A stretch of 64,000 bases of DNA from Muribaculaceae bacterium (GTDB lineage: Bacteria; Bacteroidota; Bacteroidia; Bacteroidales; Muribaculaceae), in contig JAFUWD010000054.1 in NCBI GenBank assembly GCA_017483645.1, forward strand, positions 1,627-65,626. The letters run 5' to 3'. Positions 41,580-51,910 of the stretch are shown in pieces. The notes beneath the pieces were generated by a model that saw only the letters and a program-made list of their open reading frames with translations, did no database searches and had not been told where the DNA came from. A program made the position numbers and the translations under genes. Position 1 is the stretch's first letter, and every line of letters begins with the position of its first letter.

Positions 41580-41851
41580 TTAAGTTATTATTATTTTATT
41601 TTTTTGTTCACAAAACTGGGCTTTTCGCCAGATAAACACGCAAAAGTACAAAATAATTGATAATTGGCAATGGAAAAGCGCCAATTATTTTTAATTCTGC
41701 CATTGTTAGGGCTTTGATAAGGGCTGTGGCGCTAACGGAGCCAAAAAGCCCGCTGGCTGATTTCCCTCTTGGTTTATATTGGCCTTGTTGGCCTTGTTGG
41801 GCCCTTCTGACCCATGAAATTGGGCTTTGTCTTAACAAAATCATCATAAAT

Positions 41852-41883
41852 TTTGCTTTTGTGTTCGGTTTGCACTAATTTTG
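41852..41883 (+). promoter_or_regulatory. Sigma-A promoter of the TPR gene
   Basis: TTTG 41852-41855, N20, TAATTTTG 41876-41883. Confidence 0.65.
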
Positions 41884-41957
41884 CTTGTAAAATAAATAAG
41901 GAAATAATGGTTTTGGCGTGAAAGCGCCCGAAACGCGTAATAACCGACAAATTGAAG

Positions 41958-44900
41958 ATGAAACTGAAATCAGTATTTTTCGGCTTGGCAATGGCGGTGC
42001 CTGTGGCATTGCTGGGCCAGCCCGCAGTGATGGGGGTGGATGCTCCCGGTTTTTTGGAGCGAGGACGCCTCATGCTCGAATGGCGCAATTATGTGGGCGT
42101 TATCGACCAGTCGCGTCATGCGATGACGCTCGACGTGACGGTGCCCGAGCAGGAGCGTGCCGAGTACAATGAGGCTTTGGCGATGTTTGAGCGAGGTGAG
42201 GCCGAGAGTTTGGATGCCCTGCAAGAGTTTGTCGACGCGCATCCATCGAGCCCGCTGGCCGAGGAAGCCCGTCTGAAGATTGGCAATTACTACTTCTATC
42301 GCGGAGAGTGGGAGAGTGCCCTGGTGAGCTATGGGCTGGTTCGTGACGGCGCATTGGATGCCGACAGCGATGAGGACCTGCTTTACCGTCGTGCCTACTG
42401 CAATCTGCGACTGGCCAATTATGATGAGGCGGCCCGTCAATACGGCACATTGTCGCGCACTGCCCGCTACGGCGCGGCATCGGCTTTCTACAACGCTTAT
42501 ATCGCCTATGCGCGCGGCAATTATGCCGAGGCCCGTAGGCAGTTTTCCGACATCGCGATGGCGCAGAGCGGCGAGCTGCCTTATCAGGCGCAGTACTATA
42601 TCACCCAAATCGACTATCACAACAAGAATTACCGCGACGTGATTAAGAGTGGCGAGAAACTCCTTGAAGAGGAGAACAACGATTACTTCGACGCCGAGCT
42701 CAACCGTCTGGTGGGTGAGAGCTATTACCACACTGGTGACAAAGGACGCGCCCGGACCTACCTGCAGCGCTACCTTGACAATCCCGAGGGCGAGCCTTAC
42801 CGAACAGCCACTTACACCATGGGTGTGCTCGACTATGAGGCTGGTAATTACGACAGCGCTCTGTCGCGCTTGACCCAATCGGTGGGCGAGGACGACGCCT
42901 TGGCGCAGAGCGCCTATCTCTATATGGGCCAGTGCAGGCTCAAGAAGAACGACTTGAACGGCGCCGCACGCGCTTTTGAGCAGGCGGCCAAAATGACACA
43001 CGATGCCAATGTGCGTGAAACGGCCTTCTACAACTATGCCATCAGCCAGAATCAGGGCGGGCGCACTCCCTTTGACCAAAGCATCGACATGCTGGAGCAG
43101 TTCCTCAACGACTATCCGCGCTCGCGCTATAAAGACAATGTGGAAGGCTACCTTGTGGATGCCTATATGAGCACCAGTGATTACAGCAAAGCCTTGTCGA
43201 GTATCAATCACATCAAGAACCCCGGTTCTAAAGTGCTGAAGGCCAAGCAGACGGTGCTTTACAACCTGGGCGTGCAGTCACTTGCCAATGGCAAAAATGC
43301 CGATGCCATCAACTATCTGCAACAGGCCGTGTCGCTGGGCAATCAGGACAAGGCAATCTTGAACGAGAGCCGCCTGTGGCTTGCCGAGGCACAGTATCGC
43401 ACCGGTGATTACAAGAGCGCGGCAAGCAACCAGCAGGCCTACGTCAAGAACGCTACGGCCAAGGAAAACAACTATGGCCTGGCTCAGTACAACCTGGGCT
43501 ACTCGCTGTATCAGCAAAAGAGCTACAAGGCGGCGCGCACCGCTTTCCAAAACGCTGTGAAGAGCGGCCAGCTGCCTGCCGACTTGCTTGCCGACGCCCA
43601 CAGCCGCATAGGTGATACCAACTATTACTTGCAGGACTACACCGCAGCGCAGGCCAGCTACGACGAGGCTGTTAAGGCCGACAAGACCACCGGCGGCGAC
43701 TATGCCATGTTCCAGAAGGGGGTGATGATGGGGCTTGCCAAGGACTATGCGGCCGAGGTGACTCAGCTCGACGCTTTCTTGAAGGCCTATCCCAAGTCGC
43801 AATATGCACCCCAGGCCATGCTGGAGAAAGGCAACGCCCTGGCAGCGGCCGACCGAGGACAAGATGCCGTGACGGCATATAACGCACTGCTGAAGGCCTA
43901 TCCCAAGAGTGTGGAAGCCCGCAAGGGACTGCTTCAGATGGCCATTGTAGACAAGAATCTGAACAACGAGAATGCCGCCATCGAGGCCTACAAGCGCGTG
44001 ATTAAGGATTATCCCAGCAGCGACGAGGCCCAGGCTGCCGCCGAAGACATGAAACTGCTCATGGCTGACCGCGGCGAGCTGGCTGACTTCGAGCGGTTCC
44101 TCAACAGCGTGCCCAATGCACCGCGCATCGATGTGAGCGAGGTGGACCGCCTCACCTTTGAGGCCGCCGAGAAGCTTGCCATTGCCGACAAGCCCAGCAT
44201 CACCAAGATGCAGAACTATCTGAGCAATTATCCCAATGGAGCCTATGCCCCGAAGGCCAAGTATTACATTGGTCGCTATTATTACTCGCAGAACAAACTT
44301 GGCGACGCACTAACCAGCCTTGACGACGCCCTGAAGGGCAACTCCGAGGCATCGTTTGCCGAGGACGCCATGGCCATGCGGGCCGACATCTTGATGCGTC
44401 AGGGCAAGAAAGCCGACGCCCTGAAGGCCTATCAAGACCTGGCCGACCGCTCATCGAGCGCCGACAACCGCACCACCGCTCAACTGGGTCTGCTGCGCGC
44501 TGCACAAGCCATGGGCAACTGGGATGTGGTGACCACCACGGCCACCGACCTGATGAAACGTGGAGGCCTTACCGCTGCCGAAGAGCAAGAGGTGAAGTTG
44601 GCACGCGCATTGGCCGATGTGCATTTGAACAATGTGCAAGAGGCAGTGGCCGACCTCAAGAGCCTGGCCGCCAATCCCAAGAGCGAGGCTGGTGCGCAAG
44701 CCGCCTACGAGCTGGCCAACCTGCAGCTGTCGCAAGGCAACTTGAAAGACGCCGAGCGCACGGTGAACAACCTGATTGATGCCGGAACGCCTCACAACTA
44801 CTGGCTCGCCAAGAGCTTCATCGTGCTGAGCGATGTGTATCGCAAGCAAGGCAAGACCGACGAGGCCCGCGACTATCTGCTCAGCCTGAAGAGCAATTAC

Positions 44901-45014
44901 CCCGGCAAGGAGCAGGAAATTTTCGATGAGATTGAGAAACGCCTCAAGAATTTGAAGAACGACAGCGGCGCCACCTCAAAGAAATCAACCACCAACAAGA
45001 AATCAAAGAAATAA
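41958..45014 (+). CDS. Large periplasmic TPR-repeat protein
   Basis: Signal peptide; many TPR units (e.g. AQYNLGYSLYQQKSYKAA, YPKS repeats). Confidence 0.9.
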   Translation: MKLKSVFFGLAMAVPVALLGQPAVMGVDAPGFLERGRLMLEWRNYVGVIDQSRHAMTLDVTVPEQERAEYNEALAMFERGEAESLDALQEFVDAHPSSPLAEEARLKIGNYYFYRGEWESALVSYGLVRDGALDADSDEDLLYRRAYCNLRLANYDEAARQYGTLSRTARYGAASAFYNAYIAYARGNYAEARRQFSDIAMAQSGELPYQAQYYITQIDYHNKNYRDVIKSGEKLLEEENNDYFDAELNRLVGESYYHTGDKGRARTYLQRYLDNPEGEPYRTATYTMGVLDYEAGNYDSALSRLTQSVGEDDALAQSAYLYMGQCRLKKNDLNGAARAFEQAAKMTHDANVRETAFYNYAISQNQGGRTPFDQSIDMLEQFLNDYPRSRYKDNVEGYLVDAYMSTSDYSKALSSINHIKNPGSKVLKAKQTVLYNLGVQSLANGKNADAINYLQQAVSLGNQDKAILNESRLWLAEAQYRTGDYKSAASNQQAYVKNATAKENNYGLAQYNLGYSLYQQKSYKAARTAFQNAVKSGQLPADLLADAHSRIGDTNYYLQDYTAAQASYDEAVKADKTTGGDYAMFQKGVMMGLAKDYAAEVTQLDAFLKAYPKSQYAPQAMLEKGNALAAADRGQDAVTAYNALLKAYPKSVEARKGLLQMAIVDKNLNNENAAIEAYKRVIKDYPSSDEAQAAAEDMKLLMADRGELADFERFLNSVPNAPRIDVSEVDRLTFEAAEKLAIADKPSITKMQNYLSNYPNGAYAPKAKYYIGRYYYSQNKLGDALTSLDDALKGNSEASFAEDAMAMRADILMRQGKKADALKAYQDLADRSSSADNRTTAQLGLLRAAQAMGNWDVVTTTATDLMKRGGLTAAEEQEVKLARALADVHLNNVQEAVADLKSLAANPKSEAGAQAAYELANLQLSQGNLKDAERTVNNLIDAGTPHNYWLAKSFIVLSDVYRKQGKTDEARDYLLSLKSNYPGKEQEIFDEIEKRLKNLKNDSGATSKKSTTNKKSKK

Positions 45015-45023
45015 GTCACAGCG

Positions 45024-46955
45024 ATGATGAAGAAGACAATCATAACAACAATGCTTGTGGCGGCCTTGGCCGCACCCAGTGTGTGCGCACAAGACCAAAA
45101 GGAGCTGAACAAGGAAATCACCCTGGAGAAAGACTTTGTGCCTCAGGTGAAAAAAGCAACCAAGAAGAACAATCTGCCTCAGGTGAAAAAAGTCGACACC
45201 AGCGGCCCGAAGACCACTTTGAAATACAGCGACTGGGCATCGCCCATCGATGTGCCAACGAGCATCCCCACGATGATGCCCTACGGTTACCGAACGGCAC
45301 ACATTTTCAATCACAAGCGGGGCTACTTTGATGTGGGTGGCGGCAGTCAGGCCAACTTTGTGGGCAGCCTGGGTTATCGGCTGCTCGACACCGAGCGCAC
45401 CAAACTTGGCATCTGGCTGCAGCACAACAGCACATGGGCCGGCAACAACTCAAGCGTCCATTTTCCTGCCCCCGAGAAGCGCATTGAGCAAAAGTTCAAC
45501 GACAACCGCCTGCAGGTGGACCTGGCCCACCAGTTCGAGAAAGGCAAGTTGTCAGTTGGGCTGAAGGGGCGTATTGACAATTTCAATTATTATGGTGGAT
45601 GGAGTAATCTGTACCCCGTTTCATTGTTGGACAACCCAGATTTCACCGTGCTGAAAGAAAAATTTTCTCCTTGGGACTGGAGCAGCGACAAGCAGACTTT
45701 CCTGCATTTGGGATTTGATGCCGGATGGGAGGGCAAGACCGCTGTGGCCGGACACGCTGTGGACTATCATGTGGGTCTGGGTGTGGAGCACTCTCGCTAC
45801 GACAAGAGAATCGACAAGGACGGTGATGGCCTGCGCGAAAATCTGGTGCGTGCTGCTCTGGGGGGTGAGACGCCTTTGAGTGAATACACCGGTGCCGGCT
45901 TGGATGTGGATTTCTTCTATCAGAAATGGAGCAACCAGGTTGACTATAGTTTGGTTTCCGACTATATTGTCCGCCGCATTGGTGATGTGCCGCTCAATGC
46001 TTCGTTGCTTGGGGCAACCTCCATTCCCAATCACTCGATGTGGATGTTCCGCCTGTCGCCTTTCTTCAAATGGCGCAACGACATCGTGTCGCTGAAAGCC
46101 GGGTTGAACATTGACCTGTCGCACAACGACGGTGCCGCTGTGCGGTTGTCGCCCAATGTGCAGCTCGATGTGGATGTCGCCCCGGGTTTCGGCCTTTATG
46201 CCAAGGTGGAGGGTGGCAAGGACATCACCCGCCTGGAAGATATGCACATAATCACGCGCTACTGGACACCCAACGTAGCCTTCTCCAATCCTTATATCCC
46301 GCTTGACATGGAGGTGGGTTTGAACGTGGGACCGTTTGCCGGCTTCAGTATGAGGCCGTTTGTGGGATATATGATGGAGAAACATGGCAACAACAATTGC
46401 CTGTTCGACTATCAGGGCCTGTCGGGCACGGCTTTAGGCATGACCCACGGCAATCTGGTGATTGATATGCGTGGCGTCTATGTGGGTGTGATGTTGAATT
46501 ACAAATACCGCTCGCTGGTGGAGGCCAGCCTGAAACTGAGCTATGCGCCCCAGGACGATGACTACGACCCCTCGCGCTCCAGTTTCTACAAGGGAGCTGT
46601 GATTGACAGATACGGGTCGGATTTCATGGCCGGATTTGATGTGCGCGTCCACCCAATCAAGCAGTTGACGGTGAATGTGGGCCTCGATGTGCACACCGGT
46701 CGTGGTGACTACGTCCAGGATGCAAAGATTTTCCCAACCATTGAGGGGGATTTAACCATTTTTCCCACAGGCGTTTATTCGCTGGTTGACCCGGGCAACA
46801 TAGTCAACCTTAAGGCGGGTGCCAACTATCGTTTCACCAACTCCTTCAGCGTGTGGCTGCGGGCCAGCAACTTGCTGAACAAAAAGTGGGACCTCCTCTA
46901 TGGCATGGGTGGCCAGCGACTGAATGTGATGGCCGGCGTGGCGCTCACGTTCTGA
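45024..46955 (+). CDS. Outer-membrane beta-barrel (TonB-dependent receptor-like, apparently plug-less)
   Basis: Signal peptide, short N-terminal extension, amphipathic strands, NLLNKKW, C-terminal Phe; 9 bp after the TPR gene. Confidence 0.8.
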   Translation: MMKKTIITTMLVAALAAPSVCAQDQKELNKEITLEKDFVPQVKKATKKNNLPQVKKVDTSGPKTTLKYSDWASPIDVPTSIPTMMPYGYRTAHIFNHKRGYFDVGGGSQANFVGSLGYRLLDTERTKLGIWLQHNSTWAGNNSSVHFPAPEKRIEQKFNDNRLQVDLAHQFEKGKLSVGLKGRIDNFNYYGGWSNLYPVSLLDNPDFTVLKEKFSPWDWSSDKQTFLHLGFDAGWEGKTAVAGHAVDYHVGLGVEHSRYDKRIDKDGDGLRENLVRAALGGETPLSEYTGAGLDVDFFYQKWSNQVDYSLVSDYIVRRIGDVPLNASLLGATSIPNHSMWMFRLSPFFKWRNDIVSLKAGLNIDLSHNDGAAVRLSPNVQLDVDVAPGFGLYAKVEGGKDITRLEDMHIITRYWTPNVAFSNPYIPLDMEVGLNVGPFAGFSMRPFVGYMMEKHGNNNCLFDYQGLSGTALGMTHGNLVIDMRGVYVGVMLNYKYRSLVEASLKLSYAPQDDDYDPSRSSFYKGAVIDRYGSDFMAGFDVRVHPIKQLTVNVGLDVHTGRGDYVQDAKIFPTIEGDLTIFPTGVYSLVDPGNIVNLKAGANYRFTNSFSVWLRASNLLNKKWDLLYGMGGQRLNVMAGVALTF

Positions 46956-46980
46956 CAGTGTGAATCACATTGCCGAAAAA

Positions 46981-47014
46981 ACAAGAAAGCCGGGGAAATC
47001 CTCGGCTTTCTTGT
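46981..47014. terminator. Bidirectional terminator between the barrel gene and tRNA-Asp
   Basis: ACAAGAAAGCCG/CGGCTTTCTTGT 12-bp stem. Confidence 0.75.
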
Positions 47015-47015
47015 G

Positions 47016-47089
47016 CGGTGCGTACAGGACTCGAACCAGCGACCTCCTGCGTGACAGGCAGGCATTCTAACCAACTGAACTAACGCACC
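47016..47089 (-). tRNA. tRNA-Asp (GTC)
   Basis: GGTGCGT/ACGCACC acceptor stem, anticodon loop CTGTCAC, T loop GGTTCGAGTCC. Confidence 0.95.
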
Positions 47090-47220
47090 ATTTGCGAAAT
47101 GCGATGCAAAGATAGTACAAAAATGTGTAACCATGCAAACATTTTTGCGATTTTTTTCAAAAAAAGTGCTTTTTCCCCTCTTTTTTTTGGCGTGAGCCCT
47201 GTTTTGAGGGTGCACGACGG

Positions 47221-48507
47221 TCAGGATTGGGGCTGTTTGAGCGTGAGGCGCAGCAGTTCGATGCGGGCAGCGGTCTTGCGAGTGACGGTGATGATGTAGT
47301 TGCCCACATCCACCGATTCACCAGCGTTGGGGATGGCTTCGTGCACGGTGAGCAGATATCCGGCTATGGTTTGGTATTCGTCGCTCTCAGGCAGGTCGAG
47401 GTGGAAACGCTCGTTGATTTCCTCAATCTCCATGCGTCCACTGAACTCGTAGGTGTTGTCGTCGAGCTGCCGTGCCACGAGTTTGTTGCGGTCGTGCTCG
47501 TCCTCAATTTCGCCGAAGATTTCCTCCACCAAGTCCTCAAGTGTCACCATGCCGCTTGTGCCTCCGAACTCGTCGAGCACGATGGCCATGGAGCGCTTCT
47601 TTTCGAGCAGTTGCGTCATCATTTTGCGGGCCAGCAAGGTTTCGGGTGCGAATAGCACCGGCTTGATGCGGGTTTTCCAGTCGACGTCGGGCACAAAGAG
47701 CTCGCTCACTTGGATAAATCCGATGACGTTATCGATTTCCTCGCGATAGACCACAATCTTCGACAGTCCTGACTGGCTGAAGAGTTTCACCAGCTCGTCG
47801 CGCGTAGTGTCGATGACATCGACAGCGATGATTTCGTTGCGCGGCACCATGCAGTCGCGCAGGTGCGTGTCGCTGAAGTCGAGCGCGTTCTCAAATAGTT
47901 TCACCTCTCGGTCCACCTCTTTGTTCTCGTCCTCTTTCTTGTCGATGTTCTGTTGCAGATAGGCGTCGAGCTCGTCCACGCTAATGGTGCCCACATTGTT
48001 GTTGCCCAGCTTGAAGCCCAGCAGCCGCATCAGGGTGGCCGAGAGCCACTCGGTGAAGCGTGAGATGGGGTAGAGCAGGCAGTAGCACACAAAGAGCGGC
48101 AGCGAGAACGTCCTGAGCGAATAGTTGGGGTTGATGCGGAACACCGCTTTGGGCAGGAGTTCGGCGGTGAACAGGATGATGGCGGTAGAGATAAGCGTCT
48201 GCAATGTGAGCAGCAACACCTCGTTGTTGCCTACCAGCTTTTGCAGGGGCGCTGTGAGCAAGATGGCCATAGCCATACTGTAGATGACATTGACGATATT
48301 GTTGCCGATGAGCAGCGTGGAGATGAACATCTCGCGGTTGCTGTAGAAGATATTGAGGATGCGGTTGATGATGCCGCCACGGGCGATATCAATTTCGGCC
48401 CGCACTTTATTTGACGATACAAAAGCAATCTCCATTCCCGAGAAAAATCCCGAGAGCAGCATCGCCCCGAGAGCGATGATAAGCGGATAGGTGTAGGGTG
48501 TTGTCAA
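47221..48507 (-). CDS. HlyC/CorC (CNNM-CBS) family membrane protein
   Basis: SGFFSGMEIAF, LIGNNIVN, ELLPK, CBS pair, DEFGGTSGMVTLEDLVEEIFGEI; TTG start. Confidence 0.9.
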   Translation of the reverse strand: MTTPYTYPLIIALGAMLLSGFFSGMEIAFVSSNKVRAEIDIARGGIINRILNIFYSNREMFISTLLIGNNIVNVIYSMAMAILLTAPLQKLVGNNEVLLLTLQTLISTAIILFTAELLPKAVFRINPNYSLRTFSLPLFVCYCLLYPISRFTEWLSATLMRLLGFKLGNNNVGTISVDELDAYLQQNIDKKEDENKEVDREVKLFENALDFSDTHLRDCMVPRNEIIAVDVIDTTRDELVKLFSQSGLSKIVVYREEIDNVIGFIQVSELFVPDVDWKTRIKPVLFAPETLLARKMMTQLLEKKRSMAIVLDEFGGTSGMVTLEDLVEEIFGEIEDEHDRNKLVARQLDDNTYEFSGRMEIEEINERFHLDLPESDEYQTIAGYLLTVHEAIPNAGESVDVGNYIITVTRKTAARIELLRLTLKQPQS

Positions 48508-48547
48508 AAAAAGAAATGTTATAAAGTTTTCAGTAATTGGCTGGTCG

Positions 48548-49123
48548 TTATGGGTGTGGCATCCGGTTTTCGTCGATGGGGAAGATGGCTTCTACCTGCC
48601 GCAGGGTGTAGGTGGTGAGTTTTTCGTTACTCTCATAACCATATCCCTCAATGACACGCCCTTCCTTCTCGATGTGGATGAACGACTCGCTGTAAAGCTT
48701 GTGGTTGGCTTGGTTCCAGAACAACTCATTGGTGGAGATAGCGTCACCCTGCTCGTTGGTGATGCGCACGTTGCCCGTCAGCGTCCACAGTTGTTGCAGC
48801 TTGTCGAAGTAGGCCGAGTCGCACTTGATGGTCGACACATTCTTGTAGTTGTCGTCGAGTTCCTGCGCAGTGACCCCCTTGGGAAACGTCCAGTGGGGTT
48901 GCCGGGCTTCTTCGTACATGCACCACAATGGTGTGGTGATGCGGTATCGTGTGTGGCCCGAGTCGCTGATTACCGTCTGCACATTGCGTGTCATCATGGT
49001 GGGCACCTTTTCGGGGTCGGTGGGATGCTTGACGACGCTTTTTACTTCGTCTTTGCAAGCCACTGCCGTGCTGAGCAGCGCCCAGGCAAGCAATATGTGC
49101 AGCAATCGTGTCATGCCTCCCAT
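48548..49123 (-). CDS. lptC: LPS export protein LptC
   Basis: Lipobox AVAC, ISDSG, FPKG, beta-jellyroll (LTGNV, TNELFWNQ); position in the coaX operon. Confidence 0.85.
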   Translation of the reverse strand: MGGMTRLLHILLAWALLSTAVACKDEVKSVVKHPTDPEKVPTMMTRNVQTVISDSGHTRYRITTPLWCMYEEARQPHWTFPKGVTAQELDDNYKNVSTIKCDSAYFDKLQQLWTLTGNVRITNEQGDAISTNELFWNQANHKLYSESFIHIEKEGRVIEGYGYESNEKLTTYTLRQVEAIFPIDENRMPHP

Positions 49124-49145
49124 GGCCTGTTAGGATGTGCGGCGG

Positions 49146-50381
49146 TCAGCGAATCCGGTTTTTCCAGAACCACAGCTCATTGAAGTTCACCCCGATGGTG
49201 ATGTTGAGGTAGTTCTCCTTGACAAGCGATACGGGCACGGTGTAGCGGTGTCTCCATTCCAGTCCCAGGTTGACGGTGGTCTTTCCGTTGGGCACGGGAA
49301 GGCTCACACCCACGGTTGCTCCGTAGTCGCGCACGTTGGCACCGGTGATGTTGATGTAGTCGTGGTTGTAGAACACACCTGCTCTGAATGCCATCGCCCC
49401 GAAGTAGGTGCCACGGCGGTTGGGGCTGTATTGCAGTCCTGCGGCGGCTTTCCAGCGATTGTCGAACTTGAGCGTGCTCACCTCGAATCCTGCGAGTGGC
49501 TCATATTTCACCGATGACCATTTCTGATAGGTGAAGTCGAACTCGGCGAGCCATCGATGGTTGTGCTCATAGCTCAATCCCACTCCGAAGGTGTGCGGCT
49601 GTTCATATTTGCCTTTCAACGATGTGTAGCCCACGGTGTCAGACTTGGTGTCCTGTGTGTCGTAGTACACACCCCAGGTGTGTCCGTGGAACGATTTCTT
49701 GGGCTGGTACATGAATCCCAGCACCACGCGGTCGCGCGGTGTGAGGTTGAACGCATATTGCGCGCCCACCTGCATGTTCCAGTCGCGTACTTCCATTTCA
49801 CGCTTGAAGTAGCTGGTGGTGGACTTGGTGATGAGCGACTGATTGGTGGTCGAACCAAACATGTAAGCCACATTCACACCCAGGCTAAAGCCCTTGAACA
49901 ATTCGTACCCGGCACCGATGTAGAGCTGACTGAAGCCTCCGGATCCCGACTGGTTCTCGGTGGTATTGTTGATTTTCGAGCCGAATGAGTAGCCCACGCT
50001 CGAATAGGGCACCAGGCCGAATGAGCCACCCAGCCGCTTACCCAGTTTGAACTGTGAGGTGATGTAGTCCAGACCGCCGCCGAAGCTGTATCCGCGTTTA
50101 CCTTCCTCACTCGACCAGAGGTTGGTCATATCAAGGCCCACGTCCCACAGAAAGGTGAGTGAGTCGACTTGAGAATAAGAGGCCGGGTTCATCACATTGA
50201 TGGCCCGCCCGTTCTGCATGGCGTAACCCACGCTTCCCATGGAGCGTTGTATGCTCGACGCATTGTCGCTGAGCAATCCGTACCCCACCTTGCTGTAGGG
50301 GGTGGTGAGTGTTTGTGCCAATGCTCCCATGGCTGCCATGCAGGCTACCAACAGGGGCAAGAGAGCTTTATTGATGTTCAT
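49146..50381 (-). CDS. Outer-membrane FadL-like beta-barrel protein
   Basis: Signal peptide, PYSKVGYG, MGSVG..NPASY hatch motif, terminal NELWFWK. Confidence 0.8.
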   Translation of the reverse strand: MNINKALLPLLVACMAAMGALAQTLTTPYSKVGYGLLSDNASSIQRSMGSVGYAMQNGRAINVMNPASYSQVDSLTFLWDVGLDMTNLWSSEEGKRGYSFGGGLDYITSQFKLGKRLGGSFGLVPYSSVGYSFGSKINNTTENQSGSGGFSQLYIGAGYELFKGFSLGVNVAYMFGSTTNQSLITKSTTSYFKREMEVRDWNMQVGAQYAFNLTPRDRVVLGFMYQPKKSFHGHTWGVYYDTQDTKSDTVGYTSLKGKYEQPHTFGVGLSYEHNHRWLAEFDFTYQKWSSVKYEPLAGFEVSTLKFDNRWKAAAGLQYSPNRRGTYFGAMAFRAGVFYNHDYINITGANVRDYGATVGVSLPVPNGKTTVNLGLEWRHRYTVPVSLVKENYLNITIGVNFNELWFWKNRIR

Positions 50382-51123
50382 TGTTTTCGTTGTATAAGAA
50401 AATTCTGTTCAGACCCTCGGCAAGCAAGTTCTCCAGATAGATGAAGTCGCTCTTGAGGTTGTTGCGGAGCAGTTGTCCGTCACCGCCGGTGACGAAGACC
50501 AGCAGATTGGGGTGCGATAGACGGATGTCGGCAATGTGCGAGCGGATTTCTCCCAGCAGTCCCAGCACTACGCCGCTGCGAATGGCCGTCTCGGTGTCAT
50601 AGCCCACGACGGGTGTGGCTCCTTGTGCGCCCACCAGCGGCAGATGCCCGGTGTGTTCATGCAGAGCCTTGAAGCGCATCTCGAGGCCGGGGGCGATATT
50701 GCCACCCACGAAGCGACCGGCTGCGGTGACCAGGTCGTAGGTAACGGCGGTTCCGGCATCAATGATGAGCATGTCGCTGCCAGGAGCCAAGCGTTGTGCC
50801 ACTGTCCAGGCGCCTACGGCAGTGGCTATCCGGTCGCGTCCTAATGTCTGCGGAGTGAGGTAACCCAGCGTGATGGGCAGCGGTGTGTTGTGCGACAGCC
50901 TGAGCACCCGCCTGCATCGGTTATTCACTATGTTGTCGATCTCGGCATCGCCCTCGGTGACACTGCACAGGGTGACGGTGTCGGGCTTGTAGTTGCTGAA
51001 CATGCGCTCAAGCATCGCGGTGGAGGAGCGGTCAAAGCGATTGGTGGCAACGAGTTGGGCACCAATGAAGAAAGCCACCTTCACCGAGGTGTTTCCGCAA
51101 TCTATAGTCAAATTACCTTTCAT
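50368..51123 (-). CDS. coaX: Type III pantothenate kinase
   Basis: IDCGNT, LGRDR, IDAGTAVTYD, GGNIAPG, TGGDG. Confidence 0.93.
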   Translation of the reverse strand: MKGNLTIDCGNTSVKVAFFIGAQLVATNRFDRSSTAMLERMFSNYKPDTVTLCSVTEGDAEIDNIVNNRCRRVLRLSHNTPLPITLGYLTPQTLGRDRIATAVGAWTVAQRLAPGSDMLIIDAGTAVTYDLVTAAGRFVGGNIAPGLEMRFKALHEHTGHLPLVGAQGATPVVGYDTETAIRSGVVLGLLGEIRSHIADIRLSHPNLLVFVTGGDGQLLRNNLKSDFIYLENLLAEGLNRIFLYNENNEHQ

Positions 51124-51146
51124 TAACCTGCAAAATTACGAAATGA

Positions 51147-51527
51147 TTATGATTTATTCAAATTTCTCTCCATTTTGTCAATCATGGCCGATGCATAGAT
51201 TTGCAGCACAGCGCCAGCCAGCAGGAAGGCAATCCAGTTCGAAGTGCCTGAGTCGATGATGGTTACCGCAGCCGATGCCACATAGAGGAGCGCGCTCACC
51301 ACCAGAATGCGGTAGAGCCGGCGTGTGCGCAGGTCCTCGCTTTTGCAGTCCGCTGCCTGTGCTGTGCGTGCCGCCAGCACCATCAGTGCTCCTGCGCCAT
51401 AGGCCCATCGCATCCATTGCTCGTTGAACCCCAGCAGGGGCATCAAAGCCATGATGAGCAGTAGCATCAGGCCGATGATGAGCACCCAGTTCCAGATGCT
51501 TTGTGCCGTTGTGATTTCGCTTTTCAT
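51147..51527 (-). CDS. Small four-TM membrane protein
   Basis: Four hydrophobic helices; overlaps the ftsB-like stop by 4 bp. Confidence 0.75.
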   Translation of the reverse strand: MKSEITTAQSIWNWVLIIGLMLLLIMALMPLLGFNEQWMRWAYGAGALMVLAARTAQAADCKSEDLRTRRLYRILVVSALLYVASAAVTIIDSGTSNWIAFLLAGAVLQIYASAMIDKMERNLNKS

Positions 51528-51835
51528 TTGATGTCGGTGATGTAGACGTCCTCGTTGACCCGTTTCATGCCATATTTCTCGCGAGCGATTTTTTCGAGCG
51601 TCTCGCGGTCGGTATTGAGTTCTTGCACCTTGGCGTTATAGATGGCTGCCGAGTCTTGATTGGCCTTGATTTCGGCTTTGAGTTCGTTGATTTGCTTTTT
51701 GAGATTGTTGATTTTCAGGTAATTGTTTTCTCCTGTAAAGAGCAGAGAAACAACAAAAACAATGAAAATCACCAGTGGTAGGTTAAGCCATCGGGGAATC
51801 CACTTGGGACGTCGTATGTTGAAAATGTTGAACAT
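51524..51835 (-). CDS. ftsB: Septum formation initiator (FtsB/DivIC family)
   Basis: TM, coiled coil, LEKIAREKYGM...EDVY. Confidence 0.8.
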   Translation of the reverse strand: MFNIFNIRRPKWIPRWLNLPLVIFIVFVVSLLFTGENNYLKINNLKKQINELKAEIKANQDSAAIYNAKVQELNTDRETLEKIAREKYGMKRVNEDVYITDIK

Positions 51836-51910
51836 GGTGGCAGCGGATTTGTGTTGTTCCTTTTGATTTAAACGCTAAAATTAGTGATAAAATTTGAGAA
51901 AAGTCAAAAT

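Noticed and set aside
41779-41804. Short TTGGCCTTG tandem repeat in the ppiD/TPR intergenic region
   Set aside because: Only about 2.5 units with no spacers or associated genes
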